NCBI GenBank assembly: GCA_035221665.1
Contig: CM069157.1
Coordinates: forward strand, 25,358,001 to 25,422,000
From: Okamejei kenojei
Lineage: Eukaryota
Direction of reading: 5' to 3'
DNA: 64,000 nt
The notes beneath the pieces were generated by a model. That model was not told where the DNA came from, did no database searches, and worked only from the letters and a program-made list of their open reading frames with translations. Of this stretch, positions 61,480 to 64,000 are shown in pieces. Made by a program: the position numbers and the translations under genes. Position 1 is the stretch's first letter. Each line of letters opens with the position of its first letter.

Positions 61480-62480
61480 TCTCTTCAGAGAGGCAAGTGA
61501 TGCATGGAGCCAGAGAACATTGGTGAGGTCTTGAATTAAGGGGGGGGGGGGTACTGAAATTCTCAAACATATTATAATTAAAAAGGAAGAGTTATTAGAT
61601 ATCCTTGTAGGTTTAAAGACTTATCCTAACCTGCTATGACAGGCAAGGGAAGAGAAGGCAGGGACTCTGACAGAGATTTTTAAAGATCATGGGGAACACC
61701 TATCCATGTTTTCCAAAGATGCTGCCTGATCTGCTGAGTTACTCCAGCACATTTTCCTTTTTTTTTGCAAACCAGCATCTGTAGTTCCTTGCTTAAATCT
61801 GTGCTGGCCACAGATGAGATAGAGGATGACAACAGGATAGCATATGTGGAGCCTTTTTATTCCAGAAGGTAATTGTGGGCCTGTGAGTCTAATATCAGTG
61901 CTTGGGGAGTTACTAGAAAAAAATGAGGGACAAGATAAATGTATATTTGTAAAGACAGGTATTAATCAAAGATGGTCAGTAACATTTTATTAATTGAAGA
62001 TCCTATGAACCATTTGCTTGAATCTTTTAAAGAGCTAACAATGCATAGATGAGGGCAATCTGCTTCCATGTCGACCAGTAAGGCCATTGACTTGATCCCA
62101 TAGAGAGACAGGTACAAAAAGATAGTTCCCATGATATCAATGGCACATTGATAATTGGATCCAAAATTGACTTGGTAATAAGAGTCAGAGGGTGCTGGTG
62201 GAGGGTTCTTTTTGTGATGAGAAATCAGTGACCAGTGGTGTGTGACAAGGAGTGTTGATGGGACCTTTACTTTTTGTCATATACATCAAATATTTGGAGG
62301 TGAATGTCACAGGTATGACCAATCAGCTTCGTAGATGACAGAAAATGTCATGGCCCTGCGGATTGTGAGAAGGGTAGACTTGAATCGCAACATCATATTG
62401 ATAATTTTTTAAGACAGAAAGAGCAATGGCAGTCAGCTGCCAGACAGATCCTAAAACTTTTGTGATGGATTATTTTTTTG
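61480..62480 (+). mobile_element. Old CR1 ORF2 fragment with Penelope pLTR insert (~61697-61795)
   Basis: PVSLISV.G.LLE, WIQN, GPLLFVIYI, VDD remnants. Confidence 0.7.
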
Positions 62481-62514
62481 AGGACTTACACAATGGATGT
62501 TATGTCCAAGAGAG

Positions 62515-63950
62515 TTTAGTTTAGTTTAGTTTAGTTTAGTTTAGTGATACAGCGTGGAAACATGCTGTTTGGCCCAATAAGTCCACAAAAGCCAATTAAT
62601 GTACAAACCTGCACATATTTCAAATGTATGGTTCGCCACATCATGGAGCTGATATTAAACCGCAGCTTTGTGCTTAAGACCAGTGATGGACAGCAGTGTA
62701 GGCTAGATAGACTGAAGAATGGCATCCCACACGGTTCTGTCTGGGCTCCGCTGCTTTTTAACGTGTATACCCATGACCTCCCAGAGACCATTGCTGGAAA
62801 ATATGGGTATGCAGGCGATCTAGCCATCCTGATGAGACACAAAGAGTGGAGGACAATCGAAAGCTCCTTGAGTCAAGACATGGGGACTTTGGCAGTATAC
62901 CTACGACATTGGTGTCTGAAGCTGAACGAAGGCAAAACAATGTCAACTGCATTTCATCTAAACAACAAGGAAGCTAAGCGAGAGCTAGCTGTCTTCTTTA
63001 ACAATAGGCACTTGGACTCCAACAAACACCCACTTACCTCGGCGTAAAGCTGGACAGGTCGCTTACATTTCGTCAACACCTGGCTGGACTCGCGACAAGG
63101 TCATGGCACAAAATGGCCTCATCCGACAGGAACAAGTTGGGAAGCCAGTCCATCAACTCTTCGCACCTCTACCTTAGCTCTTGTGTATGCTCCAGCTAAG
63201 TAGAAGCAGACATACTAGCGTGGTACACATGAGCCTTGCGAACAATCACTGGGTGCCTTTCAACCTACTCAGGTCCAGCAGCTCCCTATACTTGCAGGCA
63301 TTCCGCCTGCAGGAATCCGAAGGCAAGCAGCAACTCTGGCACTATCTTATCATGCCATGGACCCAGATCACCACCTACATCAGGCTATCAGCAGAGGTCA
63401 CCCCGACTGAAGTCCTGTCACCCCTTTACTCCACATAGAAAACAACTCCTAGCATTATTCCAGCCAACTGAGATAAAAAGCACACTGGATAGTTCACAGA
63501 AGTGGAAGGCAAACTCATCTCCATTACACAGCTACATCTCTTCACCAGATAAAAGCTGTCCCGGGTCTGCCCTCCTCAGGGGAGCATGGGTGAAGCTCAA
63601 GGCTTCGTACTGGAGTTGGGCGTTTCAATGCCAGCATGTGGAGATGGGTGCTCTGCCAGAGCCCAGCCTGTGAATGCGGAGCAGAACAACAGACAGCCAA
63701 CCATGTCATCTCTGAGTGTCCGCTCTACCACCCACTGAATGGAGCTCAGGGCCTGGCAGACATTGACGCAGAGACCAACAACCTGGCTGCTCAACATCCG
63801 GCTTGACATCTAACTATTCCTTTGGTTTATTTATGTTTCATTCGCAAGAAGAAGAAGAAGAAGATTTCAAATGTGGGAGGAAACCGGAGCACCCGAAATA
63901 AACCCACACGGTCACAGAGAGAGCGTACAAACTCTGTACAGACAGCACCG
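62515..63950 (-). mobile_element. SINE split by the LINE below (parts 62515-62627 and 63864-63950), (TTTAG)n tail
   Basis: Halves join into a sequence like 33445-33670. Confidence 0.75.
62628..63863 (+). mobile_element. Ingi/Vingi-like (I-group) LINE, 5'-truncated, (GAA)n tail, 11-bp TSD
   Basis: LKNGIPHGSVWAPLLFNVY, YAGDLA, YLGVKLDRSLTF, TLRTSTLALVY, RTGVGRF, CECGAEQQTANHVISECP; ATTTCAAATGT at 62617-62627 and 63864-63874. Confidence 0.8.
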
Positions 63951-64000
63951 ATAGAGTATTAAGAAGTAAGAGGAGTCATGGTGTACAATAATCACTAAAG

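Overview
Eukaryotic, repeat-dense DNA with two N-gaps. The repeat repertoire (HER1/CR1-type LINEs, tRNA-headed SINEs, Penelope, L1, DIRS) suggests a cartilaginous fish such as a skate or ray; this is an inference. I found no convincing host protein-coding exon, and nearly all listed ORFs are TE fragments or spurious. Main contents: two DIRS1-type tyrosine-recombinase retrotransposons (one complete end to end); a head-to-tail cluster of non-autonomous Helitrons with 47-bp minisatellites plus a further Helitron near 58 kb; a full-length but frameshifted L1 with TSD; a HERO-like RLE non-LTR element; an Ingi/Vingi-like LINE; Rex1/Babar-type, RTE and many CR1 fragments; Penelope elements whose pLTR carries a minimal hammerhead-ribozyme-like core (one as a perfect 67-bp palindrome); TIR MITEs; and a solo LTR followed by an unusually long (~48 nt) antisense copy of tRNA-Leu. 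Several unique AT-rich islands could be conserved non-coding elements. Boundaries of old fragments are approximate.
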